Shown here piece after piece: positions 46,854-55,184 of a stretch of 64,000 nucleotides of DNA. Every line of letters begins with the position of its first letter. The first letter of the stretch is position 1. Location of the stretch: sequence record NC_062581.1, one strand, 5' to 3'. Position numbers and translations under genes: made by a program. A model generated the notes under the pieces. The model made no database searches. It was not told where the DNA came from and saw only the letters and a program-made list of their open reading frames with translations.

Positions 46854-47138
46854 ATGTCACTGCTCGGTACCCTGATCAAAGTCGGTGTCGTTGCCACTGT
46901 AGTTGTTATCAGTCAACGCCTATGGGATCGCTATCAGGTTGAAGACCTGTATACCGAACTCGATGCATTGGTTGAGCGCATTCGCAACCGCAAAGACCGA
47001 ATGGGTACCGTGCGTGCTCATCTGCTGGTTGAGTCGAAAGATTTGATCGCTCAGTACGAAAAGAAAGTTAACTACGTAGACTCGTTAAACGAGTTGCGTC
47101 GTAACGTCGAAATTTATATTGAGTCTATTCCAGACTGA
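46854..47138 (+). CDS. N-terminal TM plus coiled-coil protein
   Basis: GGGAG SD; 94 aa. Confidence 0.7.
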   Translation: MSLLGTLIKVGVVATVVVISQRLWDRYQVEDLYTELDALVERIRNRKDRMGTVRAHLLVESKDLIAQYEKKVNYVDSLNELRRNVEIYIESIPD

Positions 47139-47143
47139 TATAG

Positions 47144-47186
47144 CTGGCGGGGGACTTATGTCTCCCGCTAGTACCTTTTCTTTTTT
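47144..47186 (+). terminator. Intrinsic terminator
   Basis: CTGGCGGGGGAC-TTAT-GTCTCCCGCTAG then T-rich tract. Confidence 0.8.
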
Positions 47187-47217
47187 ATATCGCATTACTT
47201 TTATTTAGGGGAACCCC

Positions 47218-47553
47218 ATGACTAATTTTCAGCTTTACGTCATTGGACGTGTTGCCATCAAAGTTGTAACCGTTGGTGTAGTAATCGCCGTAGTTAGAAC
47301 GGCTACCCCAATGCGTCGTATCAATGATGACATCATTCGTCTACGTGCAGAATGGAAAGATTCTAAACTGCATGCATCTATTAACGAACGTTATGCGATT
47401 GGTAAGTTAGATCGAAATGGTTGGTTAGAAGCAATGCACAATGGCCCAGCTAAATTGCTTTGGGTTAACTTGTCTACTGTATACCCTGACCACATTCGGT
47501 TTATTGCAAAACGTATCAAAGAAGAATATCCACACGCAACCAAATGGATCTAA
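47218..47553 (+). CDS. N-terminal TM protein
   Basis: 111 aa; hydrophobic N-terminus. Confidence 0.68.
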   Translation: MTNFQLYVIGRVAIKVVTVGVVIAVVRTATPMRRINDDIIRLRAEWKDSKLHASINERYAIGKLDRNGWLEAMHNGPAKLLWVNLSTVYPDHIRFIAKRIKEEYPHATKWI

Positions 47554-47554
47554 C

Positions 47555-47740
47555 ATGAAGAAATATTTATTGGCAATGTCTATTTGCTGCGCTTGCGTTA
47601 TTGGTGTAGCGCAAGCCATGTTGGAACTCGAAAAACCAGTAGGGGGTGTTTCTGACACTTTCTGTAAACGAGTTAAAAAACCATGCGTGTCATACAGCTA
47701 CGAGGTTCAGCATGAAACGGTCGCTATTAATAAGCCCTGA
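47555..47740 (+). CDS. 61-aa signal-peptide protein with cysteines
   Basis: MKKYLLAMSICCACVIGVAQA signal-like N-terminus. Confidence 0.55.
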   Translation: MKKYLLAMSICCACVIGVAQAMLELEKPVGGVSDTFCKRVKKPCVSYSYEVQHETVAINKP

Positions 47741-48029
47741 AGAAATGCTGATGCGTTACCCGCATCTGCGTCAGGCTTTAAACAATACACCTGCAAAAAT
47801 AGATGTATTGGAAATACCGTTTGACATGGCTAAGCTGATGTTCAAAATTCACTTGACTAATCGGTTACTCAAAACAGGTATTGCTTTAAAAGAGATTCAC
47901 GCTATTCTAGAGGATGATGAAAAAATCAAACCTCTGTTGGCTGAATTAATGGATGAGGTAGTTCCTGGTACCACTTACGTCGAAGTTATTCGCTCTCCCA
48001 GTGTTTTAGATATTAAGGAAAACCAATGA
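47712..48029 (+). CDS. Stand-alone RNAP beta-prime dock-region-like protein
   Basis: IPFDMAKLMFKIHLTNRL ... ELMDEVV....VEVIRSPSVL aligned by eye to E. coli beta-prime [18 protein letters not shown] ... [25 protein letters not shown] SD; alternative start 47745. Confidence 0.55.
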   Translation: MKRSLLISPEEMLMRYPHLRQALNNTPAKIDVLEIPFDMAKLMFKIHLTNRLLKTGIALKEIHAILEDDEKIKPLLAELMDEVVPGTTYVEVIRSPSVLDIKENQ

Positions 48030-48589
48030 TCAAGTTTAGTTCAACGGCTTTGATGTTGTTTAATAACATCCCAGGTAACACTCTCGACATGGCATGGAGT
48101 TTTCATGTCGAACGTTTCTGTCAACAAATGAACGAAGAAAACCCTACGTGGTTGGATGGTTGTGAATTGTTGGAAGAAGATGGTACTCTGGCAGTTAACT
48201 TGATTAATTGGAGTAACGTACTTCACTTCATGGCTGAGCAAGGTAGTCAGTTTCTGGTTGACAACTGCACGTCATACTGGTACATGAAACGCAAAACAGC
48301 TAAGTGGGCTACAATCCCAGGTGAGCATTCGCTTATTGAGTTGTGTTATGTATCATCATTCGGTGATATGTTTGCAGCACACGCTACCGAGTACTTTGCC
48401 TCTCGCGCAGTGGGTGAAGCTAAATACGCTTTGGCTATCCGTTGCAACCAAGACCTAACCACCAAGTGTTCAGGAACTGGTTACAGTGTTGAAGAAGCCA
48501 TTGCCGATAACGATACCTGGAATGCCCTGGAGGCAATGAATGCTCAGAATCCTGCGTCAACTGTTGGGGCTCTGCATCCATCAGTTTGA
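48026..48589 (+). CDS. Hypothetical protein
   Basis: TAAGGA SD; ATGA coupling. Confidence 0.7.
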   Translation: MIKFSSTALMLFNNIPGNTLDMAWSFHVERFCQQMNEENPTWLDGCELLEEDGTLAVNLINWSNVLHFMAEQGSQFLVDNCTSYWYMKRKTAKWATIPGEHSLIELCYVSSFGDMFAAHATEYFASRAVGEAKYALAIRCNQDLTTKCSGTGYSVEEAIADNDTWNALEAMNAQNPASTVGALHPSV

Positions 48590-48611
48590 TGTGATTGCCC
48601 ACAAAGAAATC

Positions 48612-48764
48612 ATGACTCGTCCAAACGGAACATTCCTCTCCATTGACATGGACGGCAAATATGTTTCGCATCACTTGTTTATCAGTGCATGCAAACATTG
48701 TGGAATGCTTCAAACCCGTAAGATCAACGTAATGACAGGAAAAATTTATGTCCGTCGCAAATAA
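48612..48764 (+). CDS. Small CxxC (zinc-ribbon-like) protein
   Basis: SHHLFISACKHCGMLQTR; start uncertain. Confidence 0.45.
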   Translation: MTRPNGTFLSIDMDGKYVSHHLFISACKHCGMLQTRKINVMTGKIYVRRK

Positions 48765-49056
48765 CGAAAAAGGTTGCACTGTTCAAGTTATCACTGATGA
48801 CATGCTTGAACCCGTCAAAGATCAAGCTCTGGGTAAACTGGTTTACTCAATGCGTGGCATGTACATTGCTAAAGGTAGCGATGTATGGCCAGAACGCGAT
48901 GACGTTGCCGATGTGCAAGTCGCTATGGGTGAAATGTATCGCCAGGGTGAGTGGTATCCAACCCGTACGTCCAAGATCATTCGGGTAGATCATGAAAATG
49001 GTTTGGTGGAAACACTGAACTCCATTTACCGCAGTACTGATGGCCGTATTGGCTAA
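48748..49056 (+). CDS. Hypothetical phage protein
   Basis: AGGA SD; RTSKII.VD..NG.VETLNSIY motif seen in many phage proteins (recalled). Confidence 0.65.
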   Translation: MSVANNEKGCTVQVITDDMLEPVKDQALGKLVYSMRGMYIAKGSDVWPERDDVADVQVAMGEMYRQGEWYPTRTSKIIRVDHENGLVETLNSIYRSTDGRIG

Positions 49057-49065
49057 GGGGTTAAC

Positions 49066-49269
49066 ATGCCTTTAGGTATGGCTGGTGGCATAATTGCTGG
49101 CATGATGTTTATGCTGGTGATTACGATATCGTATTGCATTCGGCTCGCCTTTTGTGAGTACACTAATCGGAATGAATCCTTACGGTGGTTGTTTGGATTG
49201 ATTGCGATCGAGGTGTTTCTGATTCTGGTGGCCATGACAAACTACATTGCTCATGGAACCGATACATGA
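49066..49269 (+). CDS. Small two-TM protein
   Basis: Two hydrophobic segments. Confidence 0.62.
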   Translation: MPLGMAGGIIAGMMFMLVITISYCIRLAFCEYTNRNESLRWLFGLIAIEVFLILVAMTNYIAHGTDT

Positions 49270-49511
49270 ATAGCTGGATTCCTTTGTGCGTGGCTATCCT
49301 GGCGCTTGTGATAGCGCTGGGAGCCCTTTATGCCGCTTTGCGCACCAACCGTAAGGTTGAAGTAATTCCGGCACCCTGCCAACACAACTGGGCAATCATT
49401 GAAACAGCCCAAAGATTTAATGATCGTCATCGCTATCTGTGCATTGGTTATGTTTATACCATCCAATGCACTCATTGTGGTGATGTTGATTTTCGTGAAA
49501 AGAAAATTTAG
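49266..49511 (+). CDS. TM-anchored zinc-ribbon protein
   Basis: N-terminal TM, CQHNW and CTHCG; ATGA coupling. Confidence 0.65.
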   Translation: MNSWIPLCVAILALVIALGALYAALRTNRKVEVIPAPCQHNWAIIETAQRFNDRHRYLCIGYVYTIQCTHCGDVDFREKKI

Positions 49512-49519
49512 GAGTTTCC

Positions 49520-50020
49520 ATGAACAAAGAAATTGCTATTCGTCACGGTATCCAAGTGTTGTTCTTTGCCTGCTGGGATGCGTCCATTAAGCAACAGGAT
49601 TATCACCAGCGTCTTCACGCAATGTTTATTCTGGCTGAGGCCGAATATCCTGACGTGATGAAAGAACTGCGGGAAGAGAATTCCTGGTCTCAGTGGAACC
49701 AGCAACGTAATGACCCTGAGCGTTATTTTCCTCAGCAAATTGCAGACGATGTTGTCCTCCATAGTTTCACGCATGTGTTTTTGCGTGAAATGGTTTTCTA
49801 CGGTAAAGGTGATTGGCACCTGGAAGTAGAAGGTAACGTGAGTAAGATTGATGGAAAGATCAATCGGGTCTACTATCGTTACGCAAACATCTTGACAGAA
49901 GAAGTCAAGAACATCGGTAGTCAAACCTTCCATGTGTTGGGGAATCTACCCTTGGAGATACGTAAGCATCTCAACTACCTGGCTGAAGGTAATAATCCAT
50001 TCGAGGTTGATTGCGAATGA
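49520..50020 (+). CDS. Hypothetical protein
   Basis: AGGAG SD; 166 aa. Confidence 0.72.
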   Translation: MNKEIAIRHGIQVLFFACWDASIKQQDYHQRLHAMFILAEAEYPDVMKELREENSWSQWNQQRNDPERYFPQQIADDVVLHSFTHVFLREMVFYGKGDWHLEVEGNVSKIDGKINRVYYRYANILTEEVKNIGSQTFHVLGNLPLEIRKHLNYLAEGNNPFEVDCE

Positions 50021-50265
50021 TTAGTATCAATGTAGTAACTGCTTGGGGCATTGGTAGTTTGTTGTGGCTAATAGTGTTGGTTGGTGCCGCTGCAAATATA
50101 TGGAAATTTGAAGAACGTCTAAAAGAACTTAATGTTTTTAAAGACAAACAACTTCAGTACTTTTGGAGTTGTGTTAAGTTCTTCTTGTTCAGTTTTGCAT
50201 TTGCTGGAGCACTGCTTTGCAGCGCATTGATGGTCCATGCGGACTTTGCAAGACTGGGCTTGTAG
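50017..50265 (+). CDS. Two-TM membrane protein
   Basis: ATGA coupling; GAGG SD. Confidence 0.62.
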   Translation: MISINVVTAWGIGSLLWLIVLVGAAANIWKFEERLKELNVFKDKQLQYFWSCVKFFLFSFAFAGALLCSALMVHADFARLGL

Positions 50266-50278
50266 CAAAGTACTTGAA

Positions 50279-50365
50279 CCCCCTACCTAATGTGAGACAG
50301 GGCTACTAAAAGCATAGGAGGGGGCTTTTTATCGCATTAACCTGGAGAGTAGTTATACTACTCTC
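50279..50365 (+). terminator. Large-loop terminator plus second perfect hairpin
   Basis: CCCCCT-ACCTAATG...CATAGG-AGGGGG-CTTTTT; GAGAGTAGT-TAT-ACTACTCTC. Confidence 0.6.
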
Positions 50366-50409
50366 TTCCTTTGTTCTTAATATCCATTACCCATCACAAG
50401 GAAACCCGT

Positions 50410-50700
50410 ATGTTTGTATCAAACTTTGGAGCACGTCACGTTCCGGTAATCCCGGAAGATAACAATGTTGTTACCTATGAATCACCAGGTATGTTTAAGA
50501 TAGACCTGATTCGTCGTGCACGTTGTGTGATGGGTCTTCATGGTGTTAGTAACTGGGAAACAACCCCACTTAACGGCAACTCTATTCAACATGCTGAACG
50601 CATGATTGTTGGTATGCATAAAGGAGAGTTCTCAATAATGGAACACATCGTGGCGGAGTATGCCCGACATGTAGCCAGCGAGACTGTGTATTGGTTGTGA
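50410..50700 (+). CDS. Hypothetical protein
   Basis: AAGGA SD before MFVSNF. Confidence 0.65.
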   Translation: MFVSNFGARHVPVIPEDNNVVTYESPGMFKIDLIRRARCVMGLHGVSNWETTPLNGNSIQHAERMIVGMHKGEFSIMEHIVAEYARHVASETVYWL

Positions 50701-50708
50701 GGCTTTAA

Positions 50709-51125
50709 ATGAATTACCTTAGTGCAGTAAGAAGTAAGCTTGATCAACACTTAGATCGGATCTTTCAAGATAGCCGGTTTGATAGAGAGAGTCGACGTAT
50801 TATTGCCGAGGTTATTACCAAGGCCATTGCCGATTATCGTTACGGTCCGACTGGTGAACACGATCAGCGTTCTCCATTCATGTGCAATGCTGTCAGTGGT
50901 TATGCAGCAGAACATCCCAACTACACGTATGCAGCTGATTTGACATTGGCCTTTATCGACATGTTGTTAACACTGGACGATGATTGCAATATCACCATGC
51001 ATTGCTACGTGGTTAATTCTCTAACAGCTGAGGAAAAACATGAGCTCAACTCGGAAGAAGACATGCGTCCCTTCCCTGAGATTTATGATTACATCCTGGC
51101 TTGTTTAGTCCCACTTGATTTATAA
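50709..51125 (+). CDS. Hypothetical protein, FMC-motif family
   Basis: GAGG SD; SPFMCNAV. Confidence 0.68.
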   Translation: MNYLSAVRSKLDQHLDRIFQDSRFDRESRRIIAEVITKAIADYRYGPTGEHDQRSPFMCNAVSGYAAEHPNYTYAADLTLAFIDMLLTLDDDCNITMHCYVVNSLTAEEKHELNSEEDMRPFPEIYDYILACLVPLDL

Positions 51126-51134
51126 GGAAGTCCT

Positions 51135-51641
51135 ATGCTTGTAATCCCAACGGCAATGCAGAAAGCCTTGTTCGCTTTGCAGTACCCCGAGGCTCCTCGC
51201 TATGCCGATCAGGTAGCAGGGTTCCTCACTTTTCTTTCTTTGTCCGCCCGTGGTGAAGTTCAAAAAGCGGCTGAAGAAGCAATGTTTGATATTCAGACAA
51301 TTCTCGATGAACGTGATACCCTGGGTGGTTTACTGGTTCTTATGTTTGACGATGTTGTTTATCTGCAATGTCAAAAGCATGCTGAGCAACCCGCGAATTA
51401 TTTTCTGCGGGTGTGTGGTACGCTGGACAACGATCTGGCTACTGCATTTGAATTGGACGGCGTAGTCAATATGGACTTTACTAACAAAGCTCCACGTTGG
51501 CAGCAACAGTGTGTACTGGAATACTTCGATCGCAGTAAGCCTTACGAACTACTCCAGGCAATCGAGTGTCGAGTTGGCATCCCTGCCTACATGTACACCG
51601 GTCTTGATAACAAAGGTACCAATGGCACTCACGACAAGTGA
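51135..51641 (+). CDS. Hypothetical protein
   Basis: TAAGGA SD; 168 aa. Confidence 0.7.
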   Translation: MLVIPTAMQKALFALQYPEAPRYADQVAGFLTFLSLSARGEVQKAAEEAMFDIQTILDERDTLGGLLVLMFDDVVYLQCQKHAEQPANYFLRVCGTLDNDLATAFELDGVVNMDFTNKAPRWQQQCVLEYFDRSKPYELLQAIECRVGIPAYMYTGLDNKGTNGTHDK

Positions 51642-51674
51642 GACCCAATCAAAATTTACGCTAAGGAACAATTT

Positions 51675-52214
51675 ATGAATCTAGCTCAACAACCTCGGTT
51701 CTACCGCATTGTCGTTGGTATCGGTACACCGGATATAAAGTACTATTGTGGTGATGGTGTCTGGACCAGCGATGCTGCTTCCCTGGACATTATTGCAGTC
51801 CCTAAAATCAAAGCTGTTGAGCTGATGACCGTACATGGTCAACGCTTGAGCTATGAGCTCCAGTGGGTGCCAATTACTCACGTGTTGGTCAAATTGGGTA
51901 AGACCTGGTTTACAGTCAACCGTAACACGCAACAACACCATCGGGTAACGATGCGCATCAGTTTTGGTAACGGGTTCTTCATTAAGGACATGGGTACCAT
52001 CGAACACTGTATCGTATTTAACCTGTCCCCAACCTACCGCCAAAGCGTTTATTTCCGCGGGCAAGAAATTACCCGCGTAGAAAGCGACCACGGCGAAGGC
52101 CCAGTAGAAGTCACAACAATCTTTGTCAATGAAGATTGTGAAGCGGCTGCTTTCTTCCATCTGGAAAAAGTACCGCATGCAGGAGATACACCAGCGGATG
52201 ACAAAAGTAGTTGA
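51675..52214 (+). CDS. Hypothetical protein
   Basis: TAAGGA SD; 179 aa. Confidence 0.68.
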   Translation: MNLAQQPRFYRIVVGIGTPDIKYYCGDGVWTSDAASLDIIAVPKIKAVELMTVHGQRLSYELQWVPITHVLVKLGKTWFTVNRNTQQHHRVTMRISFGNGFFIKDMGTIEHCIVFNLSPTYRQSVYFRGQEITRVESDHGEGPVEVTTIFVNEDCEAAAFFHLEKVPHAGDTPADDKSS

Positions 52215-52752
52215 TTTAGCTAAAGTGTATTGCGTAGCTGCCCATAGTGCTGTAGGGCAGTTGCGTAAATACGTATTAACCGATTATCACCTACATCCCA
52301 TCGAAGTTTTAGATATCCTAGAACTAGCTGCGGATGTAGATGATGACATGCGGTGCGCAGCGTTGCTGCACGATGTAAAAGAAGATACACGTACAAAAGA
52401 AAGACACCTGGGAATGTTCTTTAACGAGACCGTTCTTAAATACGTAGATGATCTCACTGACGTATCTGTCCCTGCCGATGGCACGCGTGTAGTGCGAAAA
52501 GAGATTGATCGTTTACATTTGGCTCAAGCCAGCCCAAAGGCTATGTCTATTAAGCTAGCAGATTTAATTTCTAACGGTAAGTCTATTGCACAGAGTGATA
52601 AGAAATTTGCAGTGACTTTTATGAAAGAATTCAAACTGCTATTGGGGGTACTCCGTAAGGGAGATCCTACGTTGCATGCTATGGCCACTAAAATTGTAAA
52701 TGATTACTACGAGGAAATAGAAAATGCTAAACAGGTTGTACGCCCGGTATAG
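52198..52752 (+). CDS. HD-domain small alarmone hydrolase (SpoT/Mesh1-like)
   Basis: AAHSAVGQLRK...YHLHPIEV, AALLHDVKEDT, IKLADLISN; no synthetase domain. Confidence 0.85.
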   Translation: MTKVVDLAKVYCVAAHSAVGQLRKYVLTDYHLHPIEVLDILELAADVDDDMRCAALLHDVKEDTRTKERHLGMFFNETVLKYVDDLTDVSVPADGTRVVRKEIDRLHLAQASPKAMSIKLADLISNGKSIAQSDKKFAVTFMKEFKLLLGVLRKGDPTLHAMATKIVNDYYEEIENAKQVVRPV

Positions 52753-53152
52753 AGCGTTTCAAATGAAACGTTACGCTAACCAGCTCCATCAAGAAATGAT
52801 TCAATGTCATTTGACCACTGCCAACCTTATCGAAGAGGTTTTGGTATCTGGCCGATACATGGAAGATGGCGGGGCTACCCGTTACATGTGTTTGTTGTTG
52901 GATGATTTCCATGGCCAATGTACACCAGGCCTGGGCGTTGCAAAACAACGAATCATGAATCAACTGGAAGACTGCGTTGCGTTGGTTACACATTTGCGTA
53001 ACACCGGTGATCTCGATGAAGACGCAGATGACTTTGAAATACGCATCGTGTGTTCTAATTGGTACTGGGCATTGATTCGTAAGCATCGTACAATTGCAGC
53101 AAAGCTAGAAAAACATTTCAATACACAAAAGGAATCACCATGCGCAGCTTGA
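52724..53152 (+). CDS. Hypothetical protein, YMC/SNWYW family
   Basis: Paralogue of 53140-53595. Confidence 0.7.
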   Translation: MLNRLYARYRAFQMKRYANQLHQEMIQCHLTTANLIEEVLVSGRYMEDGGATRYMCLLLDDFHGQCTPGLGVAKQRIMNQLEDCVALVTHLRNTGDLDEDADDFEIRIVCSNWYWALIRKHRTIAAKLEKHFNTQKESPCAA

Positions 53153-53595
53153 TCCGTACAGTAGTCGCCACTACATTGCCTGGTTCTAACTGGGGCCAAC
53201 GTATCCTGGCAGATCGCCAAGCCGTAAAAGAAGCAGCTGAAATGAACCTGGCTGCAGACACCATTGAACGGATGCTCTGTAAAGGTTATTATGAAGATAG
53301 TGCATTCATGTGCATCTCGCTTAAATTGGCAGCACACCAAGGAAAGATTTCTGAAAAAGGAATGAAAGCAGCGGTCAAAGAAATTGAAGGTTTCTTAGGA
53401 AAGCATAAAACACTTTCCTGTTATTTGCACCACATTCGTTCTCCATTGATAGAGCTTTACGTCAGAAAAGATGCGTCTTCATATCGAATTGAAGATGAAG
53501 CGTTTGGATATCGAATTGCCCATTCAAATTGGTTCTGGGGATTCATTAATCAACTGCGCATGCAAGCAAAGCTACGTAATCGATTTCAGTGGTGA
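53140..53595 (+). CDS. Hypothetical protein, FMC/SNWFW family
   Basis: AAGGA SD; paralogue of 52724-53152. Confidence 0.7.
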   Translation: MRSLIRTVVATTLPGSNWGQRILADRQAVKEAAEMNLAADTIERMLCKGYYEDSAFMCISLKLAAHQGKISEKGMKAAVKEIEGFLGKHKTLSCYLHHIRSPLIELYVRKDASSYRIEDEAFGYRIAHSNWFWGFINQLRMQAKLRNRFQW

Positions 53596-53599
53596 ACTA

Positions 53600-53878
53600 A
53601 TGAAACTTTTACAAGCTGCGGCTGTCATTGGTGCAATTACCGAATCACAGTTAACCGAATTTGAAAAGCGATTTCTTGCACAGATTGGTAGTGCGCGCGC
53701 CGCGCGTATTAATTCCAACCTGCAGGATAATCGCATGTGCTGGAATGTTCGTATTTCTGGTAAAGTAAACCTTTCGACTTACATTAAGATCGATGAAGGT
53801 CTTAAAGAACATGGTTGGCAAATCTGGGATTGTAAACAAGAAGCAGATTACAGTCTGTTTACAATTACCTATCGTTGA
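53600..53878 (+). CDS. Small hypothetical protein
   Basis: MKLLQAAAV...; LKEHGWQI motif. Confidence 0.62.
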   Translation: MKLLQAAAVIGAITESQLTEFEKRFLAQIGSARAARINSNLQDNRMCWNVRISGKVNLSTYIKIDEGLKEHGWQIWDCKQEADYSLFTITYR

Positions 53879-53918
53879 CATAAACGCCTCTCCCTTAGGG
53901 AGAGGCGATATGCCGTTA
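53876..53918 (+). repeat. Second copy of 17301-17343 hairpin element
   Basis: 42 of 43 bases identical. Confidence 0.9.
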
Positions 53919-53930
53919 AAGGAGTTACAA

Positions 53931-54182
53931 ATGAACCTTGCTGAATTACAAGCCAAGTTGGATGACAAGCTTTTTCTAGATGGTGCGTACCGCGCTTTCT
54001 TGGCTTCTGCTAGTTGTGGGAAAACACATACTGCATTTATTGCAACTACGGCATATCCAAACAAAGATCACAATTATCTCAATCCGCAACAAGTTGAAGC
54101 CCTGCGTAAACAAGGCTACACGGTTACGGGTGTAATTGATGGCACTCTTGGAACTTACCAGGTATCAGGTTGGTTCCTTTAA
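53931..54182 (+). CDS. Small hypothetical protein
   Basis: AAGGAG SD; LRKQGYTV...YQVSGW. Confidence 0.68.
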   Translation: MNLAELQAKLDDKLFLDGAYRAFLASASCGKTHTAFIATTAYPNKDHNYLNPQQVEALRKQGYTVTGVIDGTLGTYQVSGWFL

Positions 54183-54188
54183 TGTTTT

Positions 54189-54220
54189 ACCCTTCTACAG
54201 CAGAAGGGTTTATTTCTTTT
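54189..54220 (+). terminator. Intrinsic terminator directly before an early promoter
   Basis: ACCCTTCT-ACAGC-AGAAGGGT-TTATTTCTTTT. Confidence 0.75.
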
Positions 54221-54226
54221 ATTAGC

Positions 54227-54253
54227 TTTAACTTTATTTTAGATCTATATTAC
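54227..54253 (+). promoter_or_regulatory. Early promoter (variant)
   Basis: TTTAAC 54227, TATATTAC 54246-54253; lacks downstream GTG. Confidence 0.7.
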
Positions 54254-54274
54254 TACTTAGCTAAGGAGAATATA

Positions 54275-54484
54275 ATGGACATCTTACAAGTTAGTGGTGA
54301 TGATTACTATCTCACCGATGATAGCAAAATCATTATTGCCCGTGAATACGGATTATCCCCTAATGGTAATCCTTATCGTGGTTCATGGGTAATGCGCGAT
54401 TACAGAACTGGCAATTACATTGACCACGACTATAACCGTAACGATCTTTTTGAACGAAATCAAGCCAAAGTACTGGAGCTCTAA
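54275..54484 (+). CDS. Hypothetical early protein
   Basis: TAAGGAG SD before MDILQV. Confidence 0.68.
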   Translation: MDILQVSGDDYYLTDDSKIIIAREYGLSPNGNPYRGSWVMRDYRTGNYIDHDYNRNDLFERNQAKVLEL

Positions 54485-54485
54485 C

Positions 54486-54890
54486 ATGTGTCGTAAATTA
54501 GGTAAAGGTCACCCGCATTACGTGTGCCGTAAAGATAACCAGTACGAAGTCGGTGCTGATGGTGTTTCCCGTATGCGCCGTATGCATAATGGTGCTCGTG
54601 TCGAAGATCACCATGGAGCTAACGTACTGAATGCATACACTGACCTGCGTGATAAACATTGGTCGTGGTTTCCTCGTAATTTTGTTGATGCCCATCTTCA
54701 AAAACAAAGCGCCACCAAAACTAAACAACTCCAACGTTTGGAACGCCACACTAATCACGGCATGAACCGTAAGTGGGCTCAGCGTCAAGAACATTTCAAA
54801 CGCAACCATGTTACCCGCCTGGGTTCTCTTACTGATGCTCAAAAAGCACAGTATGCTGGTAGCGTCATCAGCTTTCCAACAGCAGGTTAA
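54486..54890 (+). CDS. Basic, His-rich hypothetical protein
   Basis: GGAG SD before MCRKLG. Confidence 0.68.
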   Translation: MCRKLGKGHPHYVCRKDNQYEVGADGVSRMRRMHNGARVEDHHGANVLNAYTDLRDKHWSWFPRNFVDAHLQKQSATKTKQLQRLERHTNHGMNRKWAQRQEHFKRNHVTRLGSLTDAQKAQYAGSVISFPTAG

Positions 54891-54892
54891 TC

Positions 54893-55174
54893 ATGTCGAC
54901 TTACAGCGAACCAGTTAGCACTTCAGAAATTCTTTATCACAATCTTTTTCAATCGTCTCAGTCTCTGGGCGAATTGGCAGATTATATTACCGCACACTTT
55001 GGGCAAGGTGTACGTTTAAATCAATTTAACATTTCTGTCGAGCGTATTCAAGTACGTGGTTGCATGTGTTGTCACGATTCCGATTTCTACGAGATGTACG
55101 TAGTTATCGAAAAGCGTAAAACTCCATGCGAATATACATCCGACCGGCTGGTTGATAGTCTGGCTAAAACGTAA
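54893..55174 (+). CDS. Hypothetical protein
   Basis: AGGT SD; GCMCCHD. Confidence 0.62.
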   Translation: MSTYSEPVSTSEILYHNLFQSSQSLGELADYITAHFGQGVRLNQFNISVERIQVRGCMCCHDSDFYEMYVVIEKRKTPCEYTSDRLVDSLAKT

Positions 55175-55184
55175 GGAGAGTAAC

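Noticed and set aside
53651-54064. 137-aa minus-strand ORF spanning the repeat element
   Set aside because: Runs against a fully packed plus-strand operon and through a hairpin; no SD or motif
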